Assembly (NCBI GenBank): GCA_966250015.1 | Contig: CBINFS010000015.1 | Coordinates: 6,608 to 70,607 of the forward strand | Reading direction: 5' to 3' | Origin: an uncultured bacterium | Lineage (GTDB): Bacteria > Bacteroidota > Rhodothermia > Rhodothermales > DASSAV01 | DNA: 64,000 nucleotides | In this document: positions 45,696 through 56,406 of the stretch, in pieces | Numbering within the stretch: the stretch's first letter is position 1 | Layout of the letters: the number at the start of each line of letters is the position of its first letter | Notes under the pieces: generated by a model | Told to the model about the DNA's origin: nothing | Database searches by the model: none | What the model saw: the letters and a program-made list of their open reading frames with translations, nothing else | Made by a program: the position numbers and the translations under genes

Positions 45696-47372
45696 TTACC
45701 GGACCTCCATGAGAATGCGATGGCGGGGGTCGATCGCGACTTTAGCGGCTTTGCCCGGAAGATCCACCGCGACTCGACCCTCGCCCGCCTCGACCCGCTG
45801 GAGGTTTCCGTCAATCTCGATTTCTACGGGCATCGGGAAGGCACGTCCATCCGGAACGTCCCATTCAAGGTAAAGCGTCTGCCCCTCCCTGCTCGTTTTG
45901 AGCACCGGTAGTTCGGGCTGCCGCAGATACGTCTCGAAAAACCAGTCCATGTCGCGCCCGGAGACCTCCTCGACGATCTGCTGGAAGTCCTCCGTAGTGG
46001 CAAAGCGGCACTGCCGTCCGTCGGTGTACCGTTCGAGTTCCGGGGATGGATACGCCATGCGACGAAGCGCCAGGAAAAAGTTGTCGTCTCCGAGGACGTA
46101 CCGCAGGGTGTGTAGAATCCACGCGCCTTTGTAGTAGATGTCGTTGTCGGCGCGCTGCTTCTCGGCATCGATGAAATACACTTCATCCGCAGTCAGCGAC
46201 TCCTGCGGAGCCACTGGCCGGAGGTTGAGCAGATCGTCTCGATAGGATAGCAGCTGTGCAATATAGGCCTCCTCTCCGAACTGCTCTTCCAGGTATAAGG
46301 GCTGCATGTAAGTGCCAAACCCTTCATGAATCCAGAAGTCGCGCCAGTCGGGCGCCGTCACCATATTCCCCCACCACTCGTGTGCCAGCTCGTGGTGGTG
46401 GAGCCAATCGTACCCGTCGTTCCCGTTTGAAAAGGTGCTCCCGTACGCGATGATGGTCTGGTGCTCCATACCCAGGAATGGCGTATGCGCCACCCCGTAC
46501 TTTTGCGTGCGAAACGGATACGGCCCCAGGTACTTCTCGAAGAACCTCAGGTGGTCGATGAACTGCGGAAGCATTGCTTCCGCCTCTTTCTTCCGCTCCG
46601 GAAGCACCCAGAAGCTTACGGGCACCTCTTCTCCGGCAATACTCTTGAATACGCCCTCGACTACCTCGTAAGGCGCAACGTTGAGGGCAACCCCGTAGTT
46701 GTTGATCGGCGTCGGAACGAACCAGGAATACGTCCGCTTGCCCCCCGATTCTTCGGTTACCTCTCGTAGCACCCCATTCGACGCCGCCACGAGCGGCCGT
46801 GGAACCGTGATGTGGATCGCCATGGAATCTGGCTCATCCGACGGGTGGTCCTTGCAGGGCCACCAGAGGTCGGCGCCTTCGCCTTGAACGGACGTGGCAA
46901 TCCAGGGATGGCCGTCAGAGGTTAGGCTCCAGGTAAACCCGCCTCCCCACGGTGGATTTCTGGCCTCTCGCGGTTTGCCGGCGTACGAAATGGTGACCTC
47001 CACCACTTCGCCAGCTTCGAGCCTGCCCGGCAGCTCGATCCACAACTTGCCGTTTCGGTTCTCGTGCTCCAGCTCTCCCCCGGCTTCGTCCCCCGCAATC
47101 GTCACCCTCTTTACCGTAAAAACGGTATCTAGATCAAGCACGAGTGACTCCATTGGCCGAATGACGTTGGCCTTCACCGTCAGCTCTCCTGCAATGGCCT
47201 TCTCTTCAGGGAATACCTCGACGCCGAGCTCATAGAACGTGACGTCGTACGCCGCCTGCTCTTCCATGAGGGGGCCGCCGGAATCGGTCGGACCAAACGC
47301 CCGCTGGGTCCAGCCATTCTGATTACATCGAGCGAGCAAAAGAACCAAAAACACGAGGAACCAGCGGTTCAT
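45696..47372 (-). CDS. M1 family zinc aminopeptidase (probable lipoprotein)
   Basis: GMEHQT, HELAHEWWGN...E (HExxH-18-E) and YYKGA. Confidence 0.92.
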   Translation of the reverse strand: MNRWFLVFLVLLLARCNQNGWTQRAFGPTDSGGPLMEEQAAYDVTFYELGVEVFPEEKAIAGELTVKANVIRPMESLVLDLDTVFTVKRVTIAGDEAGGELEHENRNGKLWIELPGRLEAGEVVEVTISYAGKPREARNPPWGGGFTWSLTSDGHPWIATSVQGEGADLWWPCKDHPSDEPDSMAIHITVPRPLVAASNGVLREVTEESGGKRTYSWFVPTPINNYGVALNVAPYEVVEGVFKSIAGEEVPVSFWVLPERKKEAEAMLPQFIDHLRFFEKYLGPYPFRTQKYGVAHTPFLGMEHQTIIAYGSTFSNGNDGYDWLHHHELAHEWWGNMVTAPDWRDFWIHEGFGTYMQPLYLEEQFGEEAYIAQLLSYRDDLLNLRPVAPQESLTADEVYFIDAEKQRADNDIYYKGAWILHTLRYVLGDDNFFLALRRMAYPSPELERYTDGRQCRFATTEDFQQIVEEVSGRDMDWFFETYLRQPELPVLKTSREGQTLYLEWDVPDGRAFPMPVEIEIDGNLQRVEAGEGRVAVDLPGKAAKVAIDPRHRILMEVR

Positions 47373-47403
47373 AATCCTCCGAAGTCTAAGTCTCTTGCCG
47401 ATT

Positions 47404-49524
47404 TTACCGAACCACTGCGCCGTTTTCGCCTTCCGCGACGACCGGCGACAGTCGGCCGTCCCGATCTTCGGCCATCAGCAGCATTCCCTTGCTTTCGAAT
47501 CCCCGCAGCTTCCGCGGAGCGAGGTTGGCCACCACGACGACTCGTTTCCCCACCAGGTCTTCCGGAGCCATCTGCTCGGCAACTCCGGCCAGGATCTGCC
47601 GCTTCTCGAAGCCCAGATCGACGTCGAGGCGAAGCAGCTTGTCCGACTTCGGAATTCTTTCGGCGACCAGCACCGTTCCCATACGCAGATCGATCCGGGC
47701 AAAGTCGTCGTAAACGATCTCAGGCTTCAATTCAACATAAGGAGCGGTCTCCTCGGCGGCAATTACCGCTTCCGCACCGTTTTCACCGGCACGGCTCTTC
47801 AGGCGCTCGATTTCGCGCGTAATGACTTCATCTTCGATTTTGGTGAACAAAATCGTGGGCTCGTTCAAGGCACTCCCTGCATCGAGCAATGGCCGGCCGG
47901 CATCGGCCCATCCAATCTGGCCTTCCTTCGAGGCGCCCGGTACGCTTGGCCGAACGTTATGCAGATTCAGCATCTCCCTCAACGTAGCAGCCGCGTGCGG
48001 CAGAACCGGATCCATCAAGACACTCAGCGAAGCGCAGATCTGGAGCGAAACGTGAATGGTGTTCCCGCACGCTTTCAGGTTCGTTTTCCGCGTGTGCCAG
48101 GGCTCGGTGTCGTTAAAGTATTTATTCCCCAACCGCGCCAGGTTCATGGTTTCGAAGACGGCCTCACGCATCCGGTACGAGTCGTATGCGCCACCAATTT
48201 TTTCCGGAAATTCGGCAATTTGCCGGAGCGTCTCGAGGTCCACTTCAGAAGGATCCTCCAGCGGAGGTACTTTCCCGTCGAAGTACCGGGTTGCGAACGT
48301 CATCGTCCGGTTGACGAAGTTGCCCAGAATGTCGGCCAGCTCCGAATTCACGCGCGTCTGGAAGTCGCTCCAGCTAAAGTCAGCATCTTTGGTCTCCGGC
48401 AGCGTTGTGGCCAGCGCGTACCGAAGCAGGTCCGGCGGGAAGGCTTCGAGGTACTCGTGCAGCCACACGGCCCACCCACGGCTCGTCGAAAGCTTTTTCC
48501 CTTCGATGTTGAGGAATTCGTTTGCCGGAACGTTATCGGGCAGGACGTAGTCGCCGTGCGCCATGAGCATGGCCGGAAACATCAGGCAGTGAAAGACGAT
48601 GTTATCCTTCCCGATGAAGTGGACGAGCCGGGTCTCCTGATCTTTCCAGTATCGTTCCCACCTTTCGGGATCGCCCGTGGTATTTGCCCATTCCTTCGTG
48701 GCGGAGATGTACCCGATTGGGGCGTCGAACCATACGTAGATCACTTTCCCTTCGGCGCTCACACCCACGCGTTCCGCCACGTCTTTAGGCACCGGTACAC
48801 CCCACGGCACGTCTCTTGTGATTGCACGGTCGCGAAGGCCGTCAGCAAACCAGCTTTTAACCTGCCCGAGTACGTTGGGCTTCCAATCCGTCTTTGACGC
48901 GATCCAGTGCTCCAACTTTTCCTGGAAGTCGCCAAGCGGCAGGTACCAGTGGGTGCTTTCTCGCAGCTCGGGAATCGCCTGCGTGAGGGCGCTCCGCGGA
49001 TTGATGAGCTCCGCCGGACTCAGCGACGAGCCGCAACGCTCGCACTGGTCTCCGTAGGCATCCTCGTACCCGCAAATCGGACAGGTGCCTCTGACGAACC
49101 GGTCGGCCAGAAACACACCTGCTTCGGGGTCGAAGAGCTGCTCGTCCGTCTTGAGCTTGAAGACGCCGGCTGAGTCCAGCTTGCGGAAGAAATCCTGGCT
49201 CGTCTCCCGGTGTACGTCCGACGTGGTACGTCCGTAATAGTCGAAGCTCATCCCGAACCGCGCAAAGCTATCACGGATCATGGGATGGTATTGATCGACG
49301 ATCTCTTTGGGCTGAATGCCCTGTGCGTGCGCCTTCATCATGATGGCGACACCCAGCTCGTCTGATCCACAAATAAAAACGATATCCCGGCCCGTGAGCC
49401 GCTGATACCGGCAAAAGAGATCGGCGGGAAGATAGGCGCCCGCTAAATGTCCGATGTGGATAGGACCATTTGCATAAGGAAGAGCAGCGGTAACAAGAAT
49501 TCGCTTATATTCAGTATCCGACAT
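47404..49524 (-). CDS. metG: Methionine--tRNA ligase with C-terminal tRNA-binding domain
   Basis: ALPYANGPIHIGH (HIGH), Zn knuckle CPIC/CERC, KLSTS (KMSKS) and C-terminal Trbp111-like domain. Confidence 0.97.
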   Translation of the reverse strand: MSDTEYKRILVTAALPYANGPIHIGHLAGAYLPADLFCRYQRLTGRDIVFICGSDELGVAIMMKAHAQGIQPKEIVDQYHPMIRDSFARFGMSFDYYGRTTSDVHRETSQDFFRKLDSAGVFKLKTDEQLFDPEAGVFLADRFVRGTCPICGYEDAYGDQCERCGSSLSPAELINPRSALTQAIPELRESTHWYLPLGDFQEKLEHWIASKTDWKPNVLGQVKSWFADGLRDRAITRDVPWGVPVPKDVAERVGVSAEGKVIYVWFDAPIGYISATKEWANTTGDPERWERYWKDQETRLVHFIGKDNIVFHCLMFPAMLMAHGDYVLPDNVPANEFLNIEGKKLSTSRGWAVWLHEYLEAFPPDLLRYALATTLPETKDADFSWSDFQTRVNSELADILGNFVNRTMTFATRYFDGKVPPLEDPSEVDLETLRQIAEFPEKIGGAYDSYRMREAVFETMNLARLGNKYFNDTEPWHTRKTNLKACGNTIHVSLQICASLSVLMDPVLPHAAATLREMLNLHNVRPSVPGASKEGQIGWADAGRPLLDAGSALNEPTILFTKIEDEVITREIERLKSRAGENGAEAVIAAEETAPYVELKPEIVYDDFARIDLRMGTVLVAERIPKSDKLLRLDVDLGFEKRQILAGVAEQMAPEDLVGKRVVVVANLAPRKLRGFESKGMLLMAEDRDGRLSPVVAEGENGAVVR

Positions 49525-49744
49525 AAAAAACTTTAATAAAAAAGGTTGGTATTTTCAGCCACGTACTGTCCGTCGAATCGCTAAACGCCGAATCGCAGAG
49601 TAACAAGGTACGAAAGCGGCGTGTTGATGTTCACGCTACAAGGTGGGTGGAATACACCTCATTCATGACGAAATAACATAACGTCGCCACCGTAGGCCAT
49701 TATCCCGGATTTCGCCTGGCCTTCGGACGAGCTATTGGTAAGAA

Positions 49745-50356
49745 ATGGATACACAGGAAGCCGTCTTTGACGAGCGAAAAGCAAACGTTACCAGGAATAC
49801 GCGGGAGACGCGAATCTCTGTCAGCATCAATCTGGATGGGACAGGTGAGTACGAAAACCATACCGGGATCGGCTTCCTCGATCATATGCTCGATCTGTTT
49901 GCCCGGCACGGACGGTTTGACCTGGAAACCCAATGTGAGGGCGACCTCCACGTGGACGAGCATCACACGATCGAAGACGTGGGAATAACGCTCGGACAGG
50001 CGTTTCGCCAGGCGCTCGGGGACAAAAAGTACATCGGGCGCTACGGCCACGCCTACGTCCCGATGGATGATTGCCTGGCCCGGTGCGTCGTTGATCTGTC
50101 AGGCAGGTTCTTCCTGTACTTCGACGCCACCTTCACACGTGAGTTCACAGGCCAATTCCCGACGGAAATGGTACGCCATTTCTGGTACGCCTTTGCGGAA
50201 CAGCTTCAATGTAACATGCACCTCGAGGTCCTCCACGGCGAAAATACCCACCACCAGATCGAAGCCCTGTACAAGGCGGCCGGCCGTGCGCTCCGCGTCG
50301 CGGTAGACCGGAACGTGGTCTATGGCGAGGTGGCCTCGACGAAGGGACGTCTTTGA
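49745..50356 (+). CDS. hisB: Imidazoleglycerol-phosphate dehydratase
   Basis: RNTRET, DHML, DEHHTIED, PMDD and NTHHQIEA. Confidence 0.96.
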   Translation: MDTQEAVFDERKANVTRNTRETRISVSINLDGTGEYENHTGIGFLDHMLDLFARHGRFDLETQCEGDLHVDEHHTIEDVGITLGQAFRQALGDKKYIGRYGHAYVPMDDCLARCVVDLSGRFFLYFDATFTREFTGQFPTEMVRHFWYAFAEQLQCNMHLEVLHGENTHHQIEALYKAAGRALRVAVDRNVVYGEVASTKGRL

Positions 50357-50400
50357 TTGGAGTACGTGAAGTTCTCCTAAACCCATTGAGCGGATAAACG

Positions 50401-51228
50401 GTGTTTACGAATCAAATCATTGCCATAATAGGTGCGGGAAATATCGGCCGGGCGCTGATCGGCGGCCTTCTGAGCACACATAACATCGACCCGTTACGGA
50501 TTCGCGCTACTCGCCGGACCGAAGCTTCACTTGAAAGCCTTCGCGAGCAGTTCAACGGCATCCAGACAGGAACCGACAACCGGCAGGCCGTCACCGGCGC
50601 CACTATGGTCGTGCTCGCCGTCAAGCCCCAGAACGCGTCAAGTGTCATCGAAGAAATCCGAGGAGACGTTTCGAGCGACGCTCTGATCATATCGGTGCTG
50701 GCCGGGGTAACGACGGAAGGCCTCAGAGAGCGTTTCAAACGCGACCTCGCGATCATCCGGACCATGCCGAACACGCCCATGCTGGTGGACGAGGGCGCCA
50801 CTGCGATTGCGGCCGGGCGTTCGGCCTCGCCCGAACACGTCGAGCTTGCACGCCGTATGTTCGAGGCCGTCGGCAGGGTCGAAGTCGTTCCCGAATACCT
50901 GATGGATGCCGTGACGGGGCTTTCTGGAAGCGGACCTGCTTACGTATACATGTTCATCGAGGCCTTGACCGACGCAGGCGTTAAACAGGGCATACCCAGG
51001 CCAATTTCGGCGCGTCTCGCCGCTCAAACCGTATTCGGTGCGGCAAAGCTGGTCCGAGATACGGGAAAACACCCGGCCATACTGCGAGACGAGGTTACGA
51101 CGCCGGGTGGAACGGCCATTGCCGCCGTGGCCGAGCTCGAAAGCCACGGCCTTCGTACCATGCTAATCAATGCCGTCGCCACGGCAACCGCGCGATCGAA
51201 GGAGCTGAGTGAGATTAATTACGAGTGA
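50401..51228 (+). CDS. proC: Pyrroline-5-carboxylate reductase
   Basis: IGAGNIG, LAVKPQ, RTMPNTP, GLSGSGPAY and VTTPGGT. Confidence 0.95.
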   Translation: MFTNQIIAIIGAGNIGRALIGGLLSTHNIDPLRIRATRRTEASLESLREQFNGIQTGTDNRQAVTGATMVVLAVKPQNASSVIEEIRGDVSSDALIISVLAGVTTEGLRERFKRDLAIIRTMPNTPMLVDEGATAIAAGRSASPEHVELARRMFEAVGRVEVVPEYLMDAVTGLSGSGPAYVYMFIEALTDAGVKQGIPRPISARLAAQTVFGAAKLVRDTGKHPAILRDEVTTPGGTAIAAVAELESHGLRTMLINAVATATARSKELSEINYE

Positions 51229-51235
51229 GCAGGAT

Positions 51236-51907
51236 ATGGTGACGATCATCGATTATGGGATCGGCAACCTGCGATCGATTGAGAAGGCCTTTCAGTCGGT
51301 AGGTGTCGAGGCGATTCGAACGGACGATCCCGAGGCCATTCGAAAGGCGGAAAGGCTGGTTCTGCCCGGCGTCGGGGCATTCGGCGCCTGTGCAGACGAG
51401 ATTCGCAGGCGCAATCTGGAAGAACCCGTTCTGGAAGCCGTCGCCGCCGGTACTCCCCTGCTCGGGGTCTGCGTAGGCATGCAGCTTCTTTTCGAGGTCT
51501 CCGAGGAGCTAGGCCTTCACAGAGGACTTGGTATACTGCCGGGACGCGTTGTCCGCTTCAACGGCGACCTGGTTGAGCAGGAGCCTGATCCTGTGGGCCA
51601 GCCGGGCACGGCCGGCGTTCTCGCTCCCGAGTGCCGAACCCTCAAAATCCCGCACATGGGATGGAACGGCGTTCGGCCGCTTCGAAGCTCACCGCTGCTG
51701 GAGGGTATCGAGGAGGGTTCATTTTTCTACTTCGTGCACTCGTACCACGCCGCCCCGGACGAACCGGGTGACGTCCTCGCGACGACCGAATACGGAATCG
51801 AATTCCCTTCCATCGTGAACCGGAACAACGTATTTGGCGTCCAGTTTCATCCGGAGAAAAGTCAACGCAATGGCCTTCGTATCCTCAGTAATTTTAGTAA
51901 CTTTTAG
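51236..51907 (+). CDS. hisH: Imidazole glycerol phosphate synthase glutamine amidotransferase subunit
   Basis: IIDYGIGNL, LPGVGAF, GVCVGMQ, PHMGWN, YFVHSY and QFHPEKS. Confidence 0.96.
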   Translation: MVTIIDYGIGNLRSIEKAFQSVGVEAIRTDDPEAIRKAERLVLPGVGAFGACADEIRRRNLEEPVLEAVAAGTPLLGVCVGMQLLFEVSEELGLHRGLGILPGRVVRFNGDLVEQEPDPVGQPGTAGVLAPECRTLKIPHMGWNGVRPLRSSPLLEGIEEGSFFYFVHSYHAAPDEPGDVLATTEYGIEFPSIVNRNNVFGVQFHPEKSQRNGLRILSNFSNF

Positions 51908-52010
51908 CGAACGTTTGACTTCCCGGGCAGTAGGCGACACGCCTTTCTGCCCTTAATTGTCTGAAGTAGATCGAACGTGGCGGCTGGTTACTGGAGCCAT
52001 TGGTACTCTT

Positions 52011-52817
52011 ATGACACTTGTTATTCCGGCAATCGACCTGCGCGACGGGCAGTGTGTTCGCCTCTACCAGGGATCGTACGAGCGGGAAACGGTTTACTTC
52101 GACGACCCGGTGAAGATGGCGAAGTTGTGGCGCATTCAAAACGCGCGCACGCTTCACATCGTCGATCTGGACGCCGCCCGTGGAGGCTCCGAAGGACGGC
52201 CCAACAACAGAGACGTCATCCGTGACATCGCCGCCGCGGTCGACATCCCCATCCAGGTCGGTGGTGGGATCCGAACGATGGAGGACATCGAGGAAGTCCT
52301 CGCGTCCGGGGTCCATCGGGCCATTATTGGAACGGCCGCCGTGAAAAATCCCGACCTCGTAACGGAGGCCGTCGAAAAGTACGGATGCAGCCACGTCGTG
52401 GTCGGTATCGACGCCCGTGATGGTGAAGTCCGCGTCCAGGGCTGGACCGAAGGCAGTGGAATCGACGCCGTCGAAATGGCGCTCGACATGGAAAAGCGGG
52501 GCATTCGCCGAATCATTTATACGGACATCAGCAAAGACGGCACGCTTGAAGGCCCCAGCATCGACGCGTACCGCACGATGGGCGAAAAGCTCACGCGCGC
52601 CCGCATCACCGCTTCGGGAGGAATAGGGGGCTACCTGGACCTGCTCCGCATCAAGGAGCTCGCCCCGTACCGGGTAGATTCCGTCATCGTCGGCAGGGCG
52701 CTCTACGATAACCGGTTCCCCTGCCAGCAATTCTGGTGCTGGCACAACAAGGACGAGCTGGACCTGAACCGCTACAGCACTGTGTTGGACCGTGGGCTCG
52801 CCTCTGACGCCTGTTAA
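52011..52817 (+). CDS. hisA: ProFAR isomerase
   Basis: IPAIDLRDGQCVRL, HIVDLD, QVGGGIR and YTDISKDG; start set at 52011. Confidence 0.95.
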   Translation: MTLVIPAIDLRDGQCVRLYQGSYERETVYFDDPVKMAKLWRIQNARTLHIVDLDAARGGSEGRPNNRDVIRDIAAAVDIPIQVGGGIRTMEDIEEVLASGVHRAIIGTAAVKNPDLVTEAVEKYGCSHVVVGIDARDGEVRVQGWTEGSGIDAVEMALDMEKRGIRRIIYTDISKDGTLEGPSIDAYRTMGEKLTRARITASGGIGGYLDLLRIKELAPYRVDSVIVGRALYDNRFPCQQFWCWHNKDELDLNRYSTVLDRGLASDAC

Positions 52818-52835
52818 TTACCATTTACTCCTCGA

Positions 52836-53627
52836 ATGCTGGCGAAAAGAATTATTCCCTGCCTCGACGTCGACCAGGGCCGCGTCGTAAAAGGTGTCAA
52901 CTTCGTCGATCTGATCGATGCCGGCGACCCGGTCGAACAGGCACGTTTTTACGACGAAGCGGGCGCCGACGAGCTTGTCTTTCTCGACATCACCGCGACC
53001 CACGAGCAACGTGGCATCATGCACGAGGTCGTCCGGAGGACTGCCGACCAGGTCTTCATCCCGCTTACCGTAGGCGGCGGCCTCCGCACCGTCGACGACA
53101 TTTCGGCCATGCTGAATGCCGGCGCCGACAAGGTCTCGATCAACTCGTCTGCGATCCAGAATCCGGAGCTTATCTCTCGTGGAGCAGAAGCGTTCGGGTC
53201 GCAGTGTATGGTTGTGGCCATCGACGCAAAACGAAAGTCGAGCGACCCACTCCGGTGGGAAGTCTACACCCACGGCGGACGTATCGGAACGGGACTGGAT
53301 GTGATCGAGTGGGCGCTCGAGGCGGAACGCCGAGGAGCCGGAGAGCTGCTCGTGACATCGATGGACCACGACGGAACCAAGGGCGGTTACGACATCGAGC
53401 TGCTGCAAACGCTGTCCCGACTGGTTCACATCCCGGTCATTGCCTCCGGTGGCGCCGGAACGCTCGATCACCTGCGGGAAGCCATTCAGGAGGGGGGCGC
53501 CGACGCCGTTCTGGCCGCTTCCATCTTTCACTTCCGTATGTTCACCGTCCGCGAGGCGAAGGAATACCTGCACGCTTCGGGTGTAAACGTACGATTAGAC
53601 ACCGACCGGTATGCAGCCGTACAATAA
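52836..53627 (+). CDS. hisF: Imidazole glycerol phosphate synthase cyclase subunit
   Basis: [29 protein letters not shown] and ASGGAG. Confidence 0.97.
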   Translation: MLAKRIIPCLDVDQGRVVKGVNFVDLIDAGDPVEQARFYDEAGADELVFLDITATHEQRGIMHEVVRRTADQVFIPLTVGGGLRTVDDISAMLNAGADKVSINSSAIQNPELISRGAEAFGSQCMVVAIDAKRKSSDPLRWEVYTHGGRIGTGLDVIEWALEAERRGAGELLVTSMDHDGTKGGYDIELLQTLSRLVHIPVIASGGAGTLDHLREAIQEGGADAVLAASIFHFRMFTVREAKEYLHASGVNVRLDTDRYAAVQ

Positions 53628-53904
53628 TTCCCGTGCCGCTTCGTTTCTATTAAAAGGAGCTGCCGCACTCTTCGCGGCCGTCGGGTCGTTCATCGCGTAC
53701 TGGTTGGTCGATAAGGCGATTCGCTATCCAACGATTCGCGCCAGCCAGTTCGGATCTGACGCGCCGCTCTGGATTCCGTTTGCCCTGTTCGTGGTCGTCT
53801 GTACGGCTTCTGCCTGTTATTTGTTTATTCGAGCAGCACGCCGAATCGACGCGGGAGATAATCTCTACCAGGACCAAGAGGACCCGGCGCAGGGCAAATC
53901 GTGA
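53611..53904 (+). CDS. Hypothetical 2-TM membrane protein
   Basis: 97 aa with two hydrophobic helices; overlaps the hisF stop. Confidence 0.55.
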   Translation: MQPYNNSRAASFLLKGAAALFAAVGSFIAYWLVDKAIRYPTIRASQFGSDAPLWIPFALFVVVCTASACYLFIRAARRIDAGDNLYQDQEDPAQGKS

Positions 53905-53964
53905 TTGAGCGTGTTTGAAGGCAGCTCCACCATCGTCGAATAACAATGGTTGGAGCCACCGGAT

Positions 53965-54507
53965 ATGCGCATCGGTATTCTCTTGCTGGTCTTTTCCTTT
54001 CTTCTGCTTGGTCCGGCTGCCGCTCAGGAAGCCGAGATACGGGAGCAGATCGAGCAATATTACAACCAGCGAAATCGTCTCGCGGCTATTACGACCCTCG
54101 ATGAACGCCTGACGCTCGCAAGCGCCGAGTTCGATTCGACCACTGCTTCCCCACGTCTACGAGAAGCCTTACTCCTGATCGATCAAATTCGCCGGAGAGA
54201 AGTGGGCGTCGACGAAGAAATGGTGCTCTCCCCACGCTCGCACCCTCCCTGCGTCCAGCCGGCGTTGATGCAGGTCATTTCCGTCACTCCGATCAGTCCC
54301 GAGCAATTGGAAGTGACAGTTCGCACGCTGCCCCTGTCACGCAAGCAAAACTTGCAGCTAATCGCCCAATACGAGAATCCGGACAAGCAAATAAAACAAC
54401 CGGATATTTCTGAATACCTGCCTGAATCCCTTTCAGTCTTCCGCTGGACGTTTGATGGCAGGCAATGGAAAGTTAACCCGACTCATATCACCTTGCTTTC
54501 CGAGTAG
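53965..54507 (+). CDS. Hypothetical secreted protein
   Basis: Signal peptide MRIGILLLVFSFLLLGPAAAQ. Confidence 0.65.
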   Translation: MRIGILLLVFSFLLLGPAAAQEAEIREQIEQYYNQRNRLAAITTLDERLTLASAEFDSTTASPRLREALLLIDQIRRREVGVDEEMVLSPRSHPPCVQPALMQVISVTPISPEQLEVTVRTLPLSRKQNLQLIAQYENPDKQIKQPDISEYLPESLSVFRWTFDGRQWKVNPTHITLLSE

Positions 54508-54568
54508 TAACACCGCGACACCCTTTCCCTCGATTGGAAGTAACCCGATCAATCCTGCGAGATATACC

Positions 54569-54889
54569 ATGGCGCCATCTTCCTCGACCTTCCGAAGCTC
54601 AATGGCCATGCTGTTTGGCCTGATCACGTTGTTTCTGAGTTGCATTGGCCTGACGGATCACCTGAAGAAGCACGTGGTATCGTGGTTTACGCCACGTGTA
54701 GTCGCCTGCCCTGCTGATCGTGCACCGGCTCGCATTGTCGAGATTCACCGGGACAATCACGCCCAAATTCGGGAATTCAACGTGTATAGGCGGCACCATG
54801 GTTTTGTGAGGGCACGGCGATCGATCCGGTCTTTTCACGACGGTTCGAGAGGCGAAACGGTGATTTTGGTCGAGCCCGCCATTCGTTGA
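54569..54889 (+). CDS. Hypothetical protein (uncertain)
   Basis: Fills the gap before thpR; one hydrophobic segment; no recognised motif. Confidence 0.3.
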   Translation: MAPSSSTFRSSMAMLFGLITLFLSCIGLTDHLKKHVVSWFTPRVVACPADRAPARIVEIHRDNHAQIREFNVYRRHHGFVRARRSIRSFHDGSRGETVILVEPAIR

Positions 54890-54996
54890 GCAAAAACAAT
54901 TCGGATTGAAACCACATCACTCAACGTGGCGGAACACGGTAGAAATTGGCGCGTCGAGGGCAGCACGGAAGGTTTGTTTCCTAAGGAATTCCTGCC

Positions 54997-55545
54997 ATGC
55001 CCGACACATTGCGCCTGTTTATTGCGATTGACCTGCCGAAAGAGCACAAAGCACAATTATCGAACGCACGCCGTGAGATTGACGGCATCAGGTGGTCGCC
55101 TCCCGAACAGTATCACCTCACCCTGCGCTTCCTTGGCGACGTAGAAGCCGACCTCGTCCCGGTGCTCGCAAAAGGCTTGCAACAACTCAAAACCGCGCCT
55201 TTCACGCTGCATCTGGAAAGGATCAATGCGTTCCCATCGCTGCGCAGGCCGAGAGTCATCCACATCGCCACACGTCAATCTACTCCTTTGCTGGCGCTGA
55301 ACCGCGAGGTTAACACGATCGTCGATGCGGCAGGCATCCAGCCCGATCCAAAGCCCTTTTCGCCCCACGTTACGCTCGCCCGAGTCAAAGACGAACGCAG
55401 GAGCTTTCCAACGGCATTTTTCGATCAGTTCAGCGACCTGTCTCTCCCACCTTTTTTAGTCGATGAAGTGAGGCTGTACAAAAGTATATTAAGACGATCC
55501 GGGGCTGTGCACGAGTGTTTGCACGTCTTCCCGCTTCACGCGTAG
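54997..55545 (+). CDS. thpR: RNA 2',3'-cyclic phosphodiesterase (2H family)
   Basis: RLFIAI and two HxT motifs (HLTLRF, HVTLAR). Confidence 0.92.
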   Translation: MPDTLRLFIAIDLPKEHKAQLSNARREIDGIRWSPPEQYHLTLRFLGDVEADLVPVLAKGLQQLKTAPFTLHLERINAFPSLRRPRVIHIATRQSTPLLALNREVNTIVDAAGIQPDPKPFSPHVTLARVKDERRSFPTAFFDQFSDLSLPPFLVDEVRLYKSILRRSGAVHECLHVFPLHA

Positions 55546-55628
55546 GCAATAACGGTACGGCACAACCTTTGTGATATTGCCTACTGTAAACCGTTGATGG
55601 ACATTCTTTTACTTATAGAAGGCCGAAT

Positions 55629-56279
55629 ATGAAAACAGGCTTACGAACATTTTATGTACTTTTGTCGTGTGCTGTCCTTTTTGCTGGGCAGCAAGACGCC
55701 AATGCTCAGTCTGCCGATCAGATCATCAAACGTATACAGGACAAATATCAGGCGATCGATGCGCTGAAGGCAGAATTCACCCAGACGATGACGACGCCCT
55801 ATTCGGAAGGGTCGGAAACGTTCTCGGGCACCGTCGTCCTGCAGGGGGACCGCTACCGTGTCGAGACCGGAAATCAGACACTCGTCACCGACGGGAAGGT
55901 CACGTGGATCTACAACCCTGCCGACAACCAGGTGCTCATCAATGACGTCGTCGAAGACGAGACGTCTTTTTCGTTCAACGACTTCCTGTTCAGCTTCGAC
56001 GAAAACTATACGGCGACGTCGGTCAAGTCCGAACTAATCGGAGGGGTGAAGCACTTCAGGGTCGACTTGAAACCCAGAGACGACGACTCATTTTTCCGTG
56101 AAGCCACCCTCTGGCTACGCGACAGCGACGACGTCGTTACCCGTCTTCAGGTGCTCGACGTGAACGATACCCAGATGACGTTCGAGCTCACGAACATCGA
56201 ACTCAATCCCAAGCTCGACGCGTCTACTTTCACCTTCCAACCCCCTCGATCAGCCGAAGTCGTAGATCTTCGTTCCTGA
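55629..56279 (+). CDS. lolA: Outer membrane lipoprotein carrier protein LolA
   Basis: Signal peptide; A.FTQ, YRVETGNQTLVTDGKVTWIYNP and C-terminal FTFQPP. Confidence 0.85.
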   Translation: MKTGLRTFYVLLSCAVLFAGQQDANAQSADQIIKRIQDKYQAIDALKAEFTQTMTTPYSEGSETFSGTVVLQGDRYRVETGNQTLVTDGKVTWIYNPADNQVLINDVVEDETSFSFNDFLFSFDENYTATSVKSELIGGVKHFRVDLKPRDDDSFFREATLWLRDSDDVVTRLQVLDVNDTQMTFELTNIELNPKLDASTFTFQPPRSAEVVDLRS

Positions 56280-56302
56280 CGAGCCCGGTTTTCCAGTCCG
56301 AA

Positions 56303-56406
56303 ACAGCCGGGGGGTGTTCCACCGAGCCGCCTATGGCCGATGCCCCCATGAAGAAGCAGAGATCAGAGAACCTGCGGGTCGGGTAAGGGGTACGTACCCC
56401 GGCTGT
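56303..56406. ncRNA. Candidate rod-shaped ncRNA (short 6S-like)
   Basis: Perfect 10-bp closing stem ACAGCCGGGG/CCCCGGCTGT, two further imperfect helices and a central loop. Confidence 0.5.

Noticed and set aside
47395-48897. 500-aa antisense ORF opposite metG
   Set aside because: Shadow ORF with no recognisable domain
51894-53573. 283-aa and 251-aa antisense ORFs opposite hisA and hisF
   Set aside because: Shadow ORFs
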